DNA from: an uncultured Elusimicrobia bacterium
Lineage (GTDB): Bacteria > Elusimicrobiota > Elusimicrobia > 2-01-FULL-59-12
Direction: 5' to 3'
NCBI GenBank assembly: GCA_963702895.1
Contig: OY969767.1
Location: 608,001-672,000, forward strand
DNA length: 64,000 nt
Under the pieces are notes generated by a model, which was given only the letters and a program-made list of their open reading frames with translations, was not told where the DNA came from and made no database searches. Positions 29,807 to 39,568 of the stretch are shown in pieces; position 1 is the first letter of the stretch, and each line of letters opens with the position of its first letter. Both the position numbers and the translations under genes were made by a program.

Positions 29807-31014
29807 CGAGTGGATGGGAAACGAAACGGCTGGACGACGTCTGTCAGTTCTCTAACGGTCTATGGAAAGGAAAGAAACCACCTTTCGTCAAGGTAGGCGT
29901 CATTCGCAATACAAACTTCACCAAAGAAGGAACGCTGGATGATTCAGATATCGCTTACCTCGACGTCGAGGCAAGAAAGTTGGAAAAGCGTCGCCTTCGA
30001 TACGGTGACATCATTCTCGAAAAGTCAGGCGGAGGCCCGAAACAACCGGTTGGTCGTGTAGCCCTTTTTGACAAAAAGGATGAGGACTTTTCGTTCAGCA
30101 ATTTTACAGCCGCGATCCGAGTCCTACATTCTCATGAATTGGACTTCCGCTTCCTACATAAGTTCTTATTTTGGACTTATCTCTCTGGTGTCACTGAGAA
30201 GATGCAGAGTCACTCCACAGGCATACGAAATCTCGACGGAGATGCCTACAAGGCCATCAGTATTAGTTTCCCATCGATATCCGAACAGAAACGCATCGTC
30301 AGTGTTCTCGACAAAGCATTTGACGGCATCGCCACTGCCAAAGCCAATGCCGAAAGAAATCTCCAAAACGCCCGAACCCTCTTTGAAAACCAGCTCGACT
30401 TAATATTTGCCAAGTGCGGTACGGGGTGGGTGAATAAGAAGCTTAGTGAACTGTCTGAGATTAACTATGGATATACCGAGTCTGCCTGCGCTGAACAACT
30501 AGGGCCAAAGTTTCTGCGAATTACGGACATTCAGGACAACCATGTAGACTGGAACACCGTGCCTTACTGTCCAATCGGTGCCTCCGAAGTTCCGAAATAC
30601 CGACTGGTTGATGGAGACATTGTCTTCGCGCGTACAGGTGCGACGACAGGCAAAAGTTATCTCATCGCTGAACCACCCGTTGCGGTATTCGCCTCGTATC
30701 TTATCCGAGTGAAACTTGCCTCTAAAGAGATCCTGCCGCCGTTCCTATATTTGTTTTTCCAGACGAAGTCGTATTGGGACAGCATCAGGTCAGGCTCGTC
30801 GGGCAGTGCGCAAGGTGGGTTCAATGCGACCAAGCTAGGGGAATTGGTTATACCGTATCCGAAGCTTGCGAAAGAACAGCAGATCATTATTGAGAAGCTC
30901 AATGAGCTTTCTGAAGTGACCGTACGCCTTGCTTCCCTCTATAGGAACAAGCTCGCTAATCTGGAAGAATTAAAGAAATCTCTGCTCCATCAAGCCTTTA
31001 GCGGAAACCTCTGA
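29803..31014 (+). CDS. hsdS: Type I RM specificity subunit S
   Basis: Two TRDs, PSISEQKRIV and EQQII, KKSLLHQAFSG. Confidence 0.93.
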   Translation: MTSGWETKRLDDVCQFSNGLWKGKKPPFVKVGVIRNTNFTKEGTLDDSDIAYLDVEARKLEKRRLRYGDIILEKSGGGPKQPVGRVALFDKKDEDFSFSNFTAAIRVLHSHELDFRFLHKFLFWTYLSGVTEKMQSHSTGIRNLDGDAYKAISISFPSISEQKRIVSVLDKAFDGIATAKANAERNLQNARTLFENQLDLIFAKCGTGWVNKKLSELSEINYGYTESACAEQLGPKFLRITDIQDNHVDWNTVPYCPIGASEVPKYRLVDGDIVFARTGATTGKSYLIAEPPVAVFASYLIRVKLASKEILPPFLYLFFQTKSYWDSIRSGSSGSAQGGFNATKLGELVIPYPKLAKEQQIIIEKLNELSEVTVRLASLYRNKLANLEELKKSLLHQAFSGNL

Positions 31015-33419
31015 TGCCTTTGAACGAAGCTGAAACCCGAGCTGAACATATTGATCCCGCCCTAAAAGCGGCGGGCTGGGGCGTGGTGGACGGAAGCCGA
31101 ATCCGGCGCGAATATCCGATTACGCTTGGCCGCCTTGAAGGCCAGGGGAGACGTGGCAAGCCGCTTACTGCAGATTACGTCTTGGAATATCGCAACACAA
31201 AACTGGCAGTTAACGAGGCCAAGGCTTGGAATGAAGACCTGACTGAAGGTGTCGGGCAGGCTAAGAACTACGCTCAAAAGCTGGCGGTGCGGTTCGCGTT
31301 TTCGACCAATGGGCATGGCATCTACCGCATTGATATGCAGACTGGCAAGGAAGGTGAGATTGCTGCCTATCCCACACCTGAAGAGCTATGGAACCTTACC
31401 TATGCCAAGCCTGATTCTTGGCGGGACAGCTTTGCTACCGTCCCCTTCCAGGATAAGGGCGGATCGCACACCAGCCGCTACTATCAGGACATCGCTGTTG
31501 AACGGACGATGGAAGCGATTGCGGCGAATAAGCAAAGGATTCTCCTCACGTTGGCGACGGGAACAGGGAAGACATTCATCGCCTTCCAGATCGCTTGGAA
31601 GCTGTTTCACACCCGCTGGAATCTAGGCCACGAGCCATCTCGCCGACCGCGAATCTTGTTCTTGGCTGATCGTAATATCCTGGCAGATCAGGCATATAAC
31701 GCCTTCTCATCATTCCCAGAGGATGCAATGGTGCGAATCGCGCCAGACGACATTCGCCATAGAGGCCGCGTGCCGACAAACGGAAGTCTATTTTTCACGA
31801 TCTTTCAGACCTTTATGAGTGGGCTGGAGTACGATGGCAAGCCTACCCCCTATTTCGGTGATTACCCGCGGAATTTCTTCGATTTTATCGTCATTGACGA
31901 GTGTCACCGCGGAGGTGCGAACGACGAGAGTAATTGGCGAGGAATCCTGGAATACTTTTCGCCAGCTGTTCAATTGGGTCTCACCGCCACCCCCAAAAGG
32001 AAGGACAACGTCGATACCTACGCCTACTTTGGCGATCCGGTCTATATCTATTCGCTGAAAGATGGGATCAACGACGGTTTCCTGACGCCCTTCCGGGTGA
32101 AGCAGATCCAGACGTCGCTGGACGAATACATCTACACGTCGGACGATGTCGTGGTGGAAGGCGAAATCGAGGATGGCAAAACCTACTTGGAAGAAGACTT
32201 TAATCGCAGTATCGAAATTCGGGAACGGGAAAAGAAGCGCGTAGAAATCTTTATGAGCCAGATCGACCAGAACGAGAAGACCCTGGTGTTCTGTGCCAAT
32301 CAGTCCCACGCCTTGCTCGTCAGAGACCTCATCAACCAAGTCAAGAAGAACCCCGACCCGAATTACTGCCAACGAGTGACCGCAGACGAAGGCGAGCTGG
32401 GCGAACAATACCTGCGTGATTTCCAAGACAATGAGAAGACAATCCCGACCATCCTGACCACGTCGCAAAAGCTCTCCACGGGCGTTGACGCGCGGAATAT
32501 CCGCAATATCGTCCTCATGCGCTCGATCAGGACAATGATAGAGTTCAAGCAGATCATTGGGCGGGGAACCCGGCTGTTTGACGGAAAAGATTATTTCACG
32601 ATCTACGACTTCGTGAAGGCACATCTGCATTTTCAGGATCCGGAATGGGATGGCGAGCCGGTCGAGCCGGAGCCATGCCGGAAATGCGGGTCCCAGCCTT
32701 GTGTCTGCGAAAGAACGCCACTAAATCCGTGTCCTGTATGTGGACAAAAGCCCTGTGTCTGCGACAGTGAGCCTTGCCCAGAGTGCGGCAAAAGGCCGTG
32801 CGTTTGCCGGAAGCAGGAGAAGGTCAAGGTAAAACTGGCTGATGGAAAGGCTCGCACCATCCAGCACACAATGGCTACGACCTTTTGGCATCCGGACGGC
32901 TCCCCCATTTCGGCCCAGCAATTCTTGGAATTGCTATTCGGTAAACTGCCGGAGTTCTTCAATAGTGAAGAGGAGCTTCGCGCGATCTGGAGTGCACCGG
33001 ATACGCGTGCAGGTCTCCTCCATGCTCTGGCGGAGGATGGCTACGGCAAGGCGCAACTGACCGAAATGCAGAAGATCATCGATGCCGAGAAAAGCGACAT
33101 CTACGATGTGTTGGCCTACGTCGCCTATGCGTCTGAGCCCCTCACAAGAGAACAACGGGCAGCGAAGGCCAGACCTGAAATCAGAAGGATTTTCAACAAC
33201 AAACAGCAGGCTTTCCTAGATTTTGTCCTCTCCCACTATGTCGAGGAAGGTGTTGACGAGCTCGATCAGGAGAAGCTCCGCCCCTTGCTCCTCCTGAAAT
33301 TCGGCAACGCCATCGCCGATGCGGTCGCCGAACTAGGCAGGCCAGAAGAAATCGGCAAGATCTTTGCAGGATTCCAGAAATATCTCTATCAAAAGGGTGA
33401 GCAATCCCTTGCAGCCTAG
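31014..33419 (+). CDS. hsdR: Type I RM restriction subunit R (EcoEI-like)
   Basis: ADYVL..EAK, ATGTGKT, DECHRG, LTATP, QIIGRGTR. Confidence 0.95.
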   Translation: MPLNEAETRAEHIDPALKAAGWGVVDGSRIRREYPITLGRLEGQGRRGKPLTADYVLEYRNTKLAVNEAKAWNEDLTEGVGQAKNYAQKLAVRFAFSTNGHGIYRIDMQTGKEGEIAAYPTPEELWNLTYAKPDSWRDSFATVPFQDKGGSHTSRYYQDIAVERTMEAIAANKQRILLTLATGTGKTFIAFQIAWKLFHTRWNLGHEPSRRPRILFLADRNILADQAYNAFSSFPEDAMVRIAPDDIRHRGRVPTNGSLFFTIFQTFMSGLEYDGKPTPYFGDYPRNFFDFIVIDECHRGGANDESNWRGILEYFSPAVQLGLTATPKRKDNVDTYAYFGDPVYIYSLKDGINDGFLTPFRVKQIQTSLDEYIYTSDDVVVEGEIEDGKTYLEEDFNRSIEIREREKKRVEIFMSQIDQNEKTLVFCANQSHALLVRDLINQVKKNPDPNYCQRVTADEGELGEQYLRDFQDNEKTIPTILTTSQKLSTGVDARNIRNIVLMRSIRTMIEFKQIIGRGTRLFDGKDYFTIYDFVKAHLHFQDPEWDGEPVEPEPCRKCGSQPCVCERTPLNPCPVCGQKPCVCDSEPCPECGKRPCVCRKQEKVKVKLADGKARTIQHTMATTFWHPDGSPISAQQFLELLFGKLPEFFNSEEELRAIWSAPDTRAGLLHALAEDGYGKAQLTEMQKIIDAEKSDIYDVLAYVAYASEPLTREQRAAKARPEIRRIFNNKQQAFLDFVLSHYVEEGVDELDQEKLRPLLLLKFGNAIADAVAELGRPEEIGKIFAGFQKYLYQKGEQSLAA

Positions 33420-33479
33420 GTATCGATGGGAGATAACAGGGGTCTGTCCCGATATTCTATAGAGAGAGGGAAAACAACT

Positions 33480-33989
33480 ATGAGCGAAAATGAGAATATC
33501 CTTGAACAATACAGGCTTCTTTATGACCGAAATTGGCGTTACAATGACCTTCTTTGGAAGAACTTCCTAGCCTATGGAACTAGCTGGGCTATTCTTGTTT
33601 CCCAAGCGCAAAGCTTAGACATCCTTCGTAATAAACCATGGCCAGGTCTTGTGGTCGGTGTTATCACTTATATGCTGTCGACACTTCAGCTTAGTTTTGT
33701 TTCTGGCTTGGGACGAGCTGTTGTCCGTATTGTAAGGTTTGAACAAGAAAACAAGTATAAGCTGGTGACCCGTAATCCCACGTGGACCACTGGTTATGGT
33801 GCTTATGCAATTGCTGCCATAAGTATGACGATCTCCTCTGCTTCGTTATGTTTCGTCAGTAGCTATTTTATTAACGGATATTTCTTATGCCTGCCATTAA
33901 CAGTAATAATTCTTTGTATATCTAGCGTTTTTTTCTACAAAATATTTACAGTCCAATCTGATGTTGATCCAAAGGAGCCAAAAGTTTAA
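33480..33989 (+). CDS. Hypothetical low-GC multi-TM protein
   Basis: Hydrophobic ORF downstream of hsdR. Confidence 0.6.
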   Translation: MSENENILEQYRLLYDRNWRYNDLLWKNFLAYGTSWAILVSQAQSLDILRNKPWPGLVVGVITYMLSTLQLSFVSGLGRAVVRIVRFEQENKYKLVTRNPTWTTGYGAYAIAAISMTISSASLCFVSSYFINGYFLCLPLTVIILCISSVFFYKIFTVQSDVDPKEPKV

Positions 33990-34289
33990 AAGCGGTGCCT
34001 TCTCTGAAAAAAGTCAAGTGAACTCCTGTAGAGCCGATAAAGAAAAATGGGAATGAGTCTTCTCTCCATCCGTCAGACGTCTGGCGGATACGATGAAATC
34101 CATCCACAATGCGAATAGTGCCAGTCGCGGCGGCGGGGACGGACCGGCAGGAGCGTAAGGCGGCTCGCCGGAACATCGCCCCATCCATCTTTTCTCCTCC
34201 GTCTTTGTTTTATAAGCTTACCACCGCCAGCCGACGGGCCGGGGTTTGCGGCCTGTCGCTGAGAATTGACCTCAAGGGAGGAGAACGTC

Positions 34290-35516
34290 ATGCCCACCGC
34301 GCCTGTCGCGACAACCACGATCGCCATCGACCAGATTCACCCCAACCCGAACCAGCCCCGGCAGTTTTTTGATCCGGAGGCCATCGAAGATCTCAAAAGA
34401 AGCATGACCGAGCGTGGACTCATCAATCCCATCTCGGTTGTGAAATCCGGGGAATGGGACTACACCATCATCGCGGGCGAGCGCCGTTACCGGGCCGCCC
34501 GGGAGCTGAAGTGGGACGAGATCGATTGCCGGATCTGGCCCAAAGAGACCAGCCCCGAAGAGGTCGAGCTCATGGCCATGGTGGAAAATGTCCAGCGGAC
34601 GGATTTGAAGCCGCTCGAGGTTGCCAAAGGCTATCAGCTCCTGTCCCGGCCGCCGTTCAACATGACTCAGACAGCGATTGCCCAACAGGTCGGGAAAACG
34701 CAGCAGGCCATCCAGCAATATCTCGCCATCGCCAATTTGGACCCCAAGGTCCAGGAAAATACAAATCGATTTGTATTTCTTGGACTGGCGCATCTTCTGC
34801 AGATCAGCCGGCTCAAAGACCCCGGCCAGCAACTGGAGATGATCGAGCAGGCCGGCAAGAACGAGTGGTCTGTGAAGGAAATGACACGAAAAGTCGATTC
34901 GATATTAGATGTGAAAGAGAGCGGCAAGGTTCGGCTGGGGATCAACGTCGCGCCGAAGGATCCGCTGGCGGGGGTATGGGAAGCTGTCCAAGGTAAGCCG
35001 GACTTCGCGCCGGAGGTGCTCTGGGAAGTGGACTATAAGGCTCATCCACTGACACCCAAGGCAAAGCGTGACGGGCAGGATGCTCTCCGCGGTTGGAATT
35101 TCTTTGTGATGGTTCCTGCTGCCGAAAGCTTCCAAGCAACATTGGCCACGTGGTTTGCACAAATGGCCAAGGCGCTCCAGGGCCAGAAAACGGAGTCGCT
35201 CGTGCCGGAAGGGGTCAAGCTCGAGCAGGAGTTGAACAGCAAGATGCGTGACATCATGGGAATGGCGGCCCAGCATCCTCAAGGAGAGACTTCAAGTCCT
35301 GCAGGGGGTCCGAGGCTGCCGCGGACCGCGCAGGAGGAGCGGGAGCTCGAAGCGATCGCGGTCCGCGGAACCCCCAAAGACGTGTATGCCTGGATCTACG
35401 GCCCGGAGAGTTTCATGACCAAGGCCGTGCCGTTTGCCACCTGGGAACAATCCGGACAATCCCCGCAGGAAGGTCTCAAAGCCATCTTGGACGGCATCAA
35501 GCGGGTTCGGGGGTAG
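34290..35516 (+). CDS. ParB/Spo0J-like protein with unrecognised C-terminal extension
   Basis: PNPNQPRQFF, IIAGERRYRAA, ENVQRTDL, HTH; no adjacent parA. Confidence 0.85.
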   Translation: MPTAPVATTTIAIDQIHPNPNQPRQFFDPEAIEDLKRSMTERGLINPISVVKSGEWDYTIIAGERRYRAARELKWDEIDCRIWPKETSPEEVELMAMVENVQRTDLKPLEVAKGYQLLSRPPFNMTQTAIAQQVGKTQQAIQQYLAIANLDPKVQENTNRFVFLGLAHLLQISRLKDPGQQLEMIEQAGKNEWSVKEMTRKVDSILDVKESGKVRLGINVAPKDPLAGVWEAVQGKPDFAPEVLWEVDYKAHPLTPKAKRDGQDALRGWNFFVMVPAAESFQATLATWFAQMAKALQGQKTESLVPEGVKLEQELNSKMRDIMGMAAQHPQGETSSPAGGPRLPRTAQEERELEAIAVRGTPKDVYAWIYGPESFMTKAVPFATWEQSGQSPQEGLKAILDGIKRVRG

Positions 35517-35829
35517 AGCGAGGCGGCCTTCCGGAGAGGCGGCCCCGTCCACCTGTGGAGTTCTAAATTGTCGGGGCCGTCCCGACCGATGAGAACATCA
35601 TTAGGAGGACGGGACGGCCATCCGGAACAGCGCCCCGCACAGCCGGTCGCTGACCGGCAGTAGGGGCAGTCCCTGCACCCCATAGGGGTGGCCGGGACGG
35701 CTCACCAGAGCGGCGGCGATAGGTAGTCTTATAAGAGACTTCCACTCGCTGACCCTCCGGAATGCCGATGCTCTGGAGTGCCGCCGTTCCGGAGTGCGGA
35801 CACCCTGGTGTCAGTCTCTGGGACTTTCC

Positions 35830-36345
35830 CTACAGGATCGAGGGATGGATGGGGCCGTCGGGGTCGGTTCTCCGCTTGTGCTTCTCAAAGTCCTGCACCA
35901 GCAGCCGGATGTCGGTCTCATGCATGTCCACCTTGCCTTCCAGTTTCTCCACGCGCCGGGCGATGGCCTGGTGAGCTAGCACCGCATGCCGCAGTTTCAC
36001 AAAGGCCCTCATAATCGCGATGTTGACCTGGATGGCGCGTTCGCTGTTCAGGACGCTCGACAGCATGGCGATGCCCTCTTGTGTGAACGCGAAAGGAGCG
36101 AACCTTCTTCCACCCCTGCCCCTGTTTGATATTCCAATTTGGAATGTCAAACGATGCCATTCCAGTACCGTCAGTTGGAACATGAAATCGACCGGGAAAC
36201 GTCCTGGGTTTCGTTTTACCGATTTGTTCAAGTTGAACGTTTCTACACCATAGAGTGCTGCTAAGTCTGAATCCAACATCACTTGTTGTCCTCGAATACG
36301 GTAGATACGGCTTTGAAGATCGTCCGGCAGAGTTGAGTCGTTCAT
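35830..36345 (-). CDS. ORF6N-domain protein
   Basis: IRGQQVMLDSDLAALYGV, RFPVDFMFQLT, FTQEGIAMLSSVLNS, IMRAFV. Confidence 0.92.
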   Translation of the reverse strand: MNDSTLPDDLQSRIYRIRGQQVMLDSDLAALYGVETFNLNKSVKRNPGRFPVDFMFQLTVLEWHRLTFQIGISNRGRGGRRFAPFAFTQEGIAMLSSVLNSERAIQVNIAIMRAFVKLRHAVLAHQAIARRVEKLEGKVDMHETDIRLLVQDFEKHKRRTDPDGPIHPSIL

Positions 36346-36364
36346 AGAGGCCTCCTATCCCTTA

Positions 36365-36443
36365 CCCCGATTCCTTCAATCACAGCTATAGGCCGGGGTA
36401 ATCCCGGCTATATCGCGCATAGCGCTTGATAGGAGGATCGGGA
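36365..36443. mobile_element. 79-bp palindromic MITE-like insertion with TA duplication inside motif copy 3
   Basis: Removal restores CATCTAAGGGATAGGAGG; imperfect terminal IRs. Confidence 0.6.
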
Positions 36444-36482
36444 TAGATGGGAAACTGTTGGAAATATTCATTCCTCAGACGG
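36444..36482 (-). promoter_or_regulatory. Cassette-head motif copy 3
   Basis: CCGTCT gaggaa TGAATA N15 CATCTA on minus strand. Confidence 0.7.
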
Positions 36483-36579
36483 AGACGGCGGAATCGACGG
36501 ACGGCGAATCGGCGGGTCGGCGACGAGGGCGAGGCGGTGACCCGCCACTACGGCATGGCGGGCAGGCGCGGCGAGGAAT

Positions 36580-36717
36580 TTAGTTTGAGTTAAAGTTGAA
36601 CAGTTCGCGGACGATGGCGACGCTGATTTTGGCGGCCTTTGAGGTGTGGAGTATGCTTTGCTCGCTGACAAACTGGCTCCGCTGCTTCCGTCGATTGAGT
36701 AAGGCGTGCGGGCTCAT
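36580..36717 (-). pseudogene. In-frame internally deleted copy of the 40456-40755 ORF6N-like gene
   Basis: MSPHALLNRRKQRSQFV...AAKISVAIVRELFNFNSN; both ends match 40456-40755. Confidence 0.85.
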
Positions 36718-36722
36718 CGAGA

Positions 36723-37067
36723 TCAGGCTGCCTTACGATGGGGTTTGAACGATTTCCTCGAAGAGACAATCTTTGCGCCTTCTGGGATGATGGCCAGGCG
36801 CGCCTTCAATAGTTTCGCGAGCTTTTCGTAAAGACCGACAAGGTGGCTGGAGTCTTCTTTCTCCAGCTTGGAGAGAAAGGACTGAGTCACATGCATGCGT
36901 GCGGCGAGCTCCACTTGGGAAATGCCCCGCATTCGCCGGAGGAGTGCGACTTGGACGGCCAGCGGCCTGTCGGCCAATTCCGCAAAGAAAGCGTCAGCAA
37001 ACTCGCGGTCTTCCTCAACGTGCTTCCATGTGTCCCTCTCAAAGGGCGATGATGTCTTTTTGATCAT
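36723..37067 (-). CDS. Xre/HigA-like HTH antitoxin
   Basis: LRRMRGISQVELAARMHVTQSFLSKLE; downstream of RelE-like toxin. Confidence 0.85.
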   Translation of the reverse strand: MIKKTSSPFERDTWKHVEEDREFADAFFAELADRPLAVQVALLRRMRGISQVELAARMHVTQSFLSKLEKEDSSHLVGLYEKLAKLLKARLAIIPEGAKIVSSRKSFKPHRKAA

Positions 37068-37429
37068 GGTTTTTGAACCTTCCCCGACAAGATATCCGCC
37101 ATGCGCCTAAACGCCAAGTCCAGATCCCTCCGAGGGGTCTTCATCGTCTTCTTCTCGATGGCGTGCAGAAGCCACAACTCCCGCCCCTTTAAACAGAAGA
37201 AAATGCGATAGGCAACACCCTGATACTCCCGTTTGAGTTCCCATAAGGGTTCATGGCCTTTCATCGGACGCACGCTGACATTGAGCCTGGCCGGCCAATA
37301 TTCCTGCAGCGTCAGGATATCCAAATCAAGCTTGGCGACCGCTTTCCTGCGTTGGCCATCATTTTTCAGCTCATCGATGAAGTCTTTGACAAACCCGTCT
37401 GTCCAGTTGGGAAAATACCCAACGTCCAT
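37064..37429 (-). CDS. RelE/Gp49 (HigB-like) toxin
   Basis: LWELK, YRIFF, LLHAIEKKTMKTP; own TTGATG-N17-TATACT promoter upstream. Confidence 0.88.
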   Translation of the reverse strand: MDVGYFPNWTDGFVKDFIDELKNDGQRRKAVAKLDLDILTLQEYWPARLNVSVRPMKGHEPLWELKREYQGVAYRIFFCLKGRELWLLHAIEKKTMKTPRRDLDLAFRRMADILSGKVQKP

Positions 37430-37504
37430 TCTGTCCGCCTCTCCAGTATATTCCATCTAAGGAATATCATCAACAGTCGATTCTTGGGGCCATCGCACTG
37501 CCCT

Positions 37505-37551
37505 CTATCCCTTAGATGCAGATAGTCAGAGAATATTCACTTCTCAGACGG
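37505..37551 (-). promoter_or_regulatory. Cassette-head motif copy 4
   Basis: CCGTCT gagaag TGAATA N15 CATCTA agggatag. Confidence 0.7.
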
Positions 37552-37664
37552 AGACGGTGAGCGGCAGACACGGGGACCCGCCACTACGGCGCGGCGGGCA
37601 GGCGCGGGGACGGGGCGAAACGGCAGACGCGGGACTCGAGACGCGGGACGCAGGACCCGGGACA

Positions 37665-37880
37665 GGCCTTCATTTGCCGAAGTCTCCCGCGGAAGAAAAG
37701 GAATTGGAAGCGATCGCGGTCCGCGGGACCCCCAAGGATGTGTACGCTTGGATCTACGGCGCGGACAGTTTCATGACCCAAGCCGTGCCGTTTGCCACAT
37801 GGGAACAACCCGGACAGACGCCCCAGGAAGGGCTCAAAACCATCCTGGCCGGCATCCGCCGGGGTGACGGCCTGAGTTAA
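37665..37880 (+). pseudogene. Diverged 3' fragment paralogous to the C-terminus of the ParB-like gene
   Basis: ELEAIAVRGTPKDVYAWIYG..SFMT.AVPFATWEQ shared with 35310-35516. Confidence 0.8.
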
Positions 37881-37906
37881 CTCGGAATCTTTTTCTGAAA
37901 GCGGGC

Positions 37907-38105
37907 GCAAGTAATTTCTGCCAGAAACAAAGCTCCCTCTTTGCCTTCTTTCTTTGAAGGCCTTTTAAAGTGTGGTAAGCGTCCTCGGTGTTCGCCCCGA
38001 CGTTTGTCGTTAAGCTGAACTCACACTTTTCTTCGTCCACATCGTCTGGACACTGTAATAGTTCGAGGTCGAGTCCCTTACGCTCAGTTTAAACGCAACC
38101 GCCCG
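37907..38105 (-). ncRNA. Candidate bridge/seek RNA region of the IS1111-type element
   Basis: Position expected for IS1111 group; contains 11/12 match to the left junction. Confidence 0.55.
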
Positions 38106-39149
38106 TTAAGATTTCGACAAGGCGACTCGACCAAATCGATACACTTTCTCTTGGTACTTCCGCTTGTTCTTTAAGCACACCCACATAATCTCTGCCATCT
38201 TTCGCGCCACCGCCACAATCGCGACTGAGGCGGTCTTCCGTGTCTTCAAACGCTGATAGAACGATCGAAAATAGGGAGACACCTGAACAGCCGTCCACGA
38301 TGCCTCAATAAACGCATAGCGCAGGTATCGATTGCAGGACGGGATCAATCCCCCGTGGTACGTTTTACCGCCTGAGCTATACGTGCTACACACCAACCCA
38401 CAGTAAGACGCAAAGCGCGAAGCCGACGGAAATCGCTCGATCTGGTCAATTTCCAGCGACATCAGGGCGCTCAAGATCTTGCCTACCCCAGGAAAAGAAT
38501 CGACAAGCTCTCGTAAGGGGTGTTCGCTTAAGACACGATCAATCCACTCTTCGGTTGCTCGGACCTGAAGCCGAACCTCATCCAACAAGGCCATATGCGA
38601 CTTGAGCAGGTGTTGATGCATCTCGGGAAGAATCAACTCCTTCAGCCACGCCCTCCCATGAGCCCCAAACAGATCGCTGCGCTTGGGCACGTCCACATGC
38701 AGCCGGTCCAGTAAATCATGAATCCGATTCTTGATCAGCGTTTGGCTTTTGACCAACCACAATCGATGTCGCAATAACGACTTCTGCTCTCGTCGGTCAC
38801 GCGCGGGAACGTGAATCATCGGCGTCATCCCTAATCGCAACAACACCGCCTGTGCCGTCGCATCAATCTTGTCCGTCTTGATGTACGAATCCGCGATCAA
38901 CCGAGTTTTGTACGGATTGGCCAACACCGGATTCATCCCGAGATCTTCCAGAATGTCATAGGCAATGCCCCAGCTCCGTCCAGATTCCAATACACTTTGC
39001 ACCGGTTCTCCTGGAGGAATCGCCTCTTTAACTTGTGCAAGACCTTCTCGCCGTGTGGGGACTTGACCTTCCCATACAATCTCGCCAGACTCCCTCATAG
39101 CCACAACCTGACAATACTTCTTGTGATGATCAATGCCGATGGATATCAT
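38106..39149 (-). CDS. IS110-family DEDD transposase/recombinase
   Basis: IGID, VLES, KTDKIDA, SFPGVG, SYCGL..SSGG, AVARK. Confidence 0.96.
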   Translation of the reverse strand: MISIGIDHHKKYCQVVAMRESGEIVWEGQVPTRREGLAQVKEAIPPGEPVQSVLESGRSWGIAYDILEDLGMNPVLANPYKTRLIADSYIKTDKIDATAQAVLLRLGMTPMIHVPARDRREQKSLLRHRLWLVKSQTLIKNRIHDLLDRLHVDVPKRSDLFGAHGRAWLKELILPEMHQHLLKSHMALLDEVRLQVRATEEWIDRVLSEHPLRELVDSFPGVGKILSALMSLEIDQIERFPSASRFASYCGLVCSTYSSGGKTYHGGLIPSCNRYLRYAFIEASWTAVQVSPYFRSFYQRLKTRKTASVAIVAVARKMAEIMWVCLKNKRKYQEKVYRFGRVALSKS

Positions 39150-39269
39150 GATTTTGGGCCTCCTGGGGTTATTAAGGTGTCTTTACCGACAGCCTTGTTT
39201 ATAACTCTCTTGAGGCCCGCTTTCATATTACGCTCGGTTCTATGGAACACCCTCGCCCGCGGAACGCCG

Positions 39270-39515
39270 GAGAGGTCGCCAAGACTGTCGGCGACTCGCC
39301 GGATGTCTGGCGAGGCGGGGGTGAGGGCAAGGCTCCGTCGAAAGATGAGGCTGTGCCCTCACCCTTTACCCTCCCACTTACGACCGTGGAACCAGCGCCC
39401 CGACAGGTCGCCAGGGGCGACCGTAGGGGCTGTCCCTCCACCCGCAGGGTGGACGGGACGCGCTATAGGAAATTGCGGAAGCGCGGGTCTCCCACCTTGC
39501 GGCGGGAGAGGGGAC
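39270..39515. repeat. Cluster of nested REP-like palindromes (CCCTCACCC..GGGAGAGGG and GTAGGGGC types)
   Basis: Several short inverted repeats read directly. Confidence 0.6.
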
Positions 39516-39568
39516 AAAAAAGTGCGGCAGGTTCAGACGGCAGGACCTGGTCAATGGAAGATTTCGGG

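Larger units (their letters stand above)
37889..39234 (-). mobile_element. IS110 family, IS1111-type element (ends approximate)
   Basis: Perfect 11-bp sub-terminal IRs TGAAAGCGGGC (37896-37906, 39215-39225); ~200-nt noncoding region downstream of transposase. Confidence 0.9.

Noticed and set aside
35310..37880. DGR template/variable repeat pair (ParB-like 3' end and its relic)
   Set aside because: Differences are not adenine-specific, many are synonymous, and there is no reverse transcriptase
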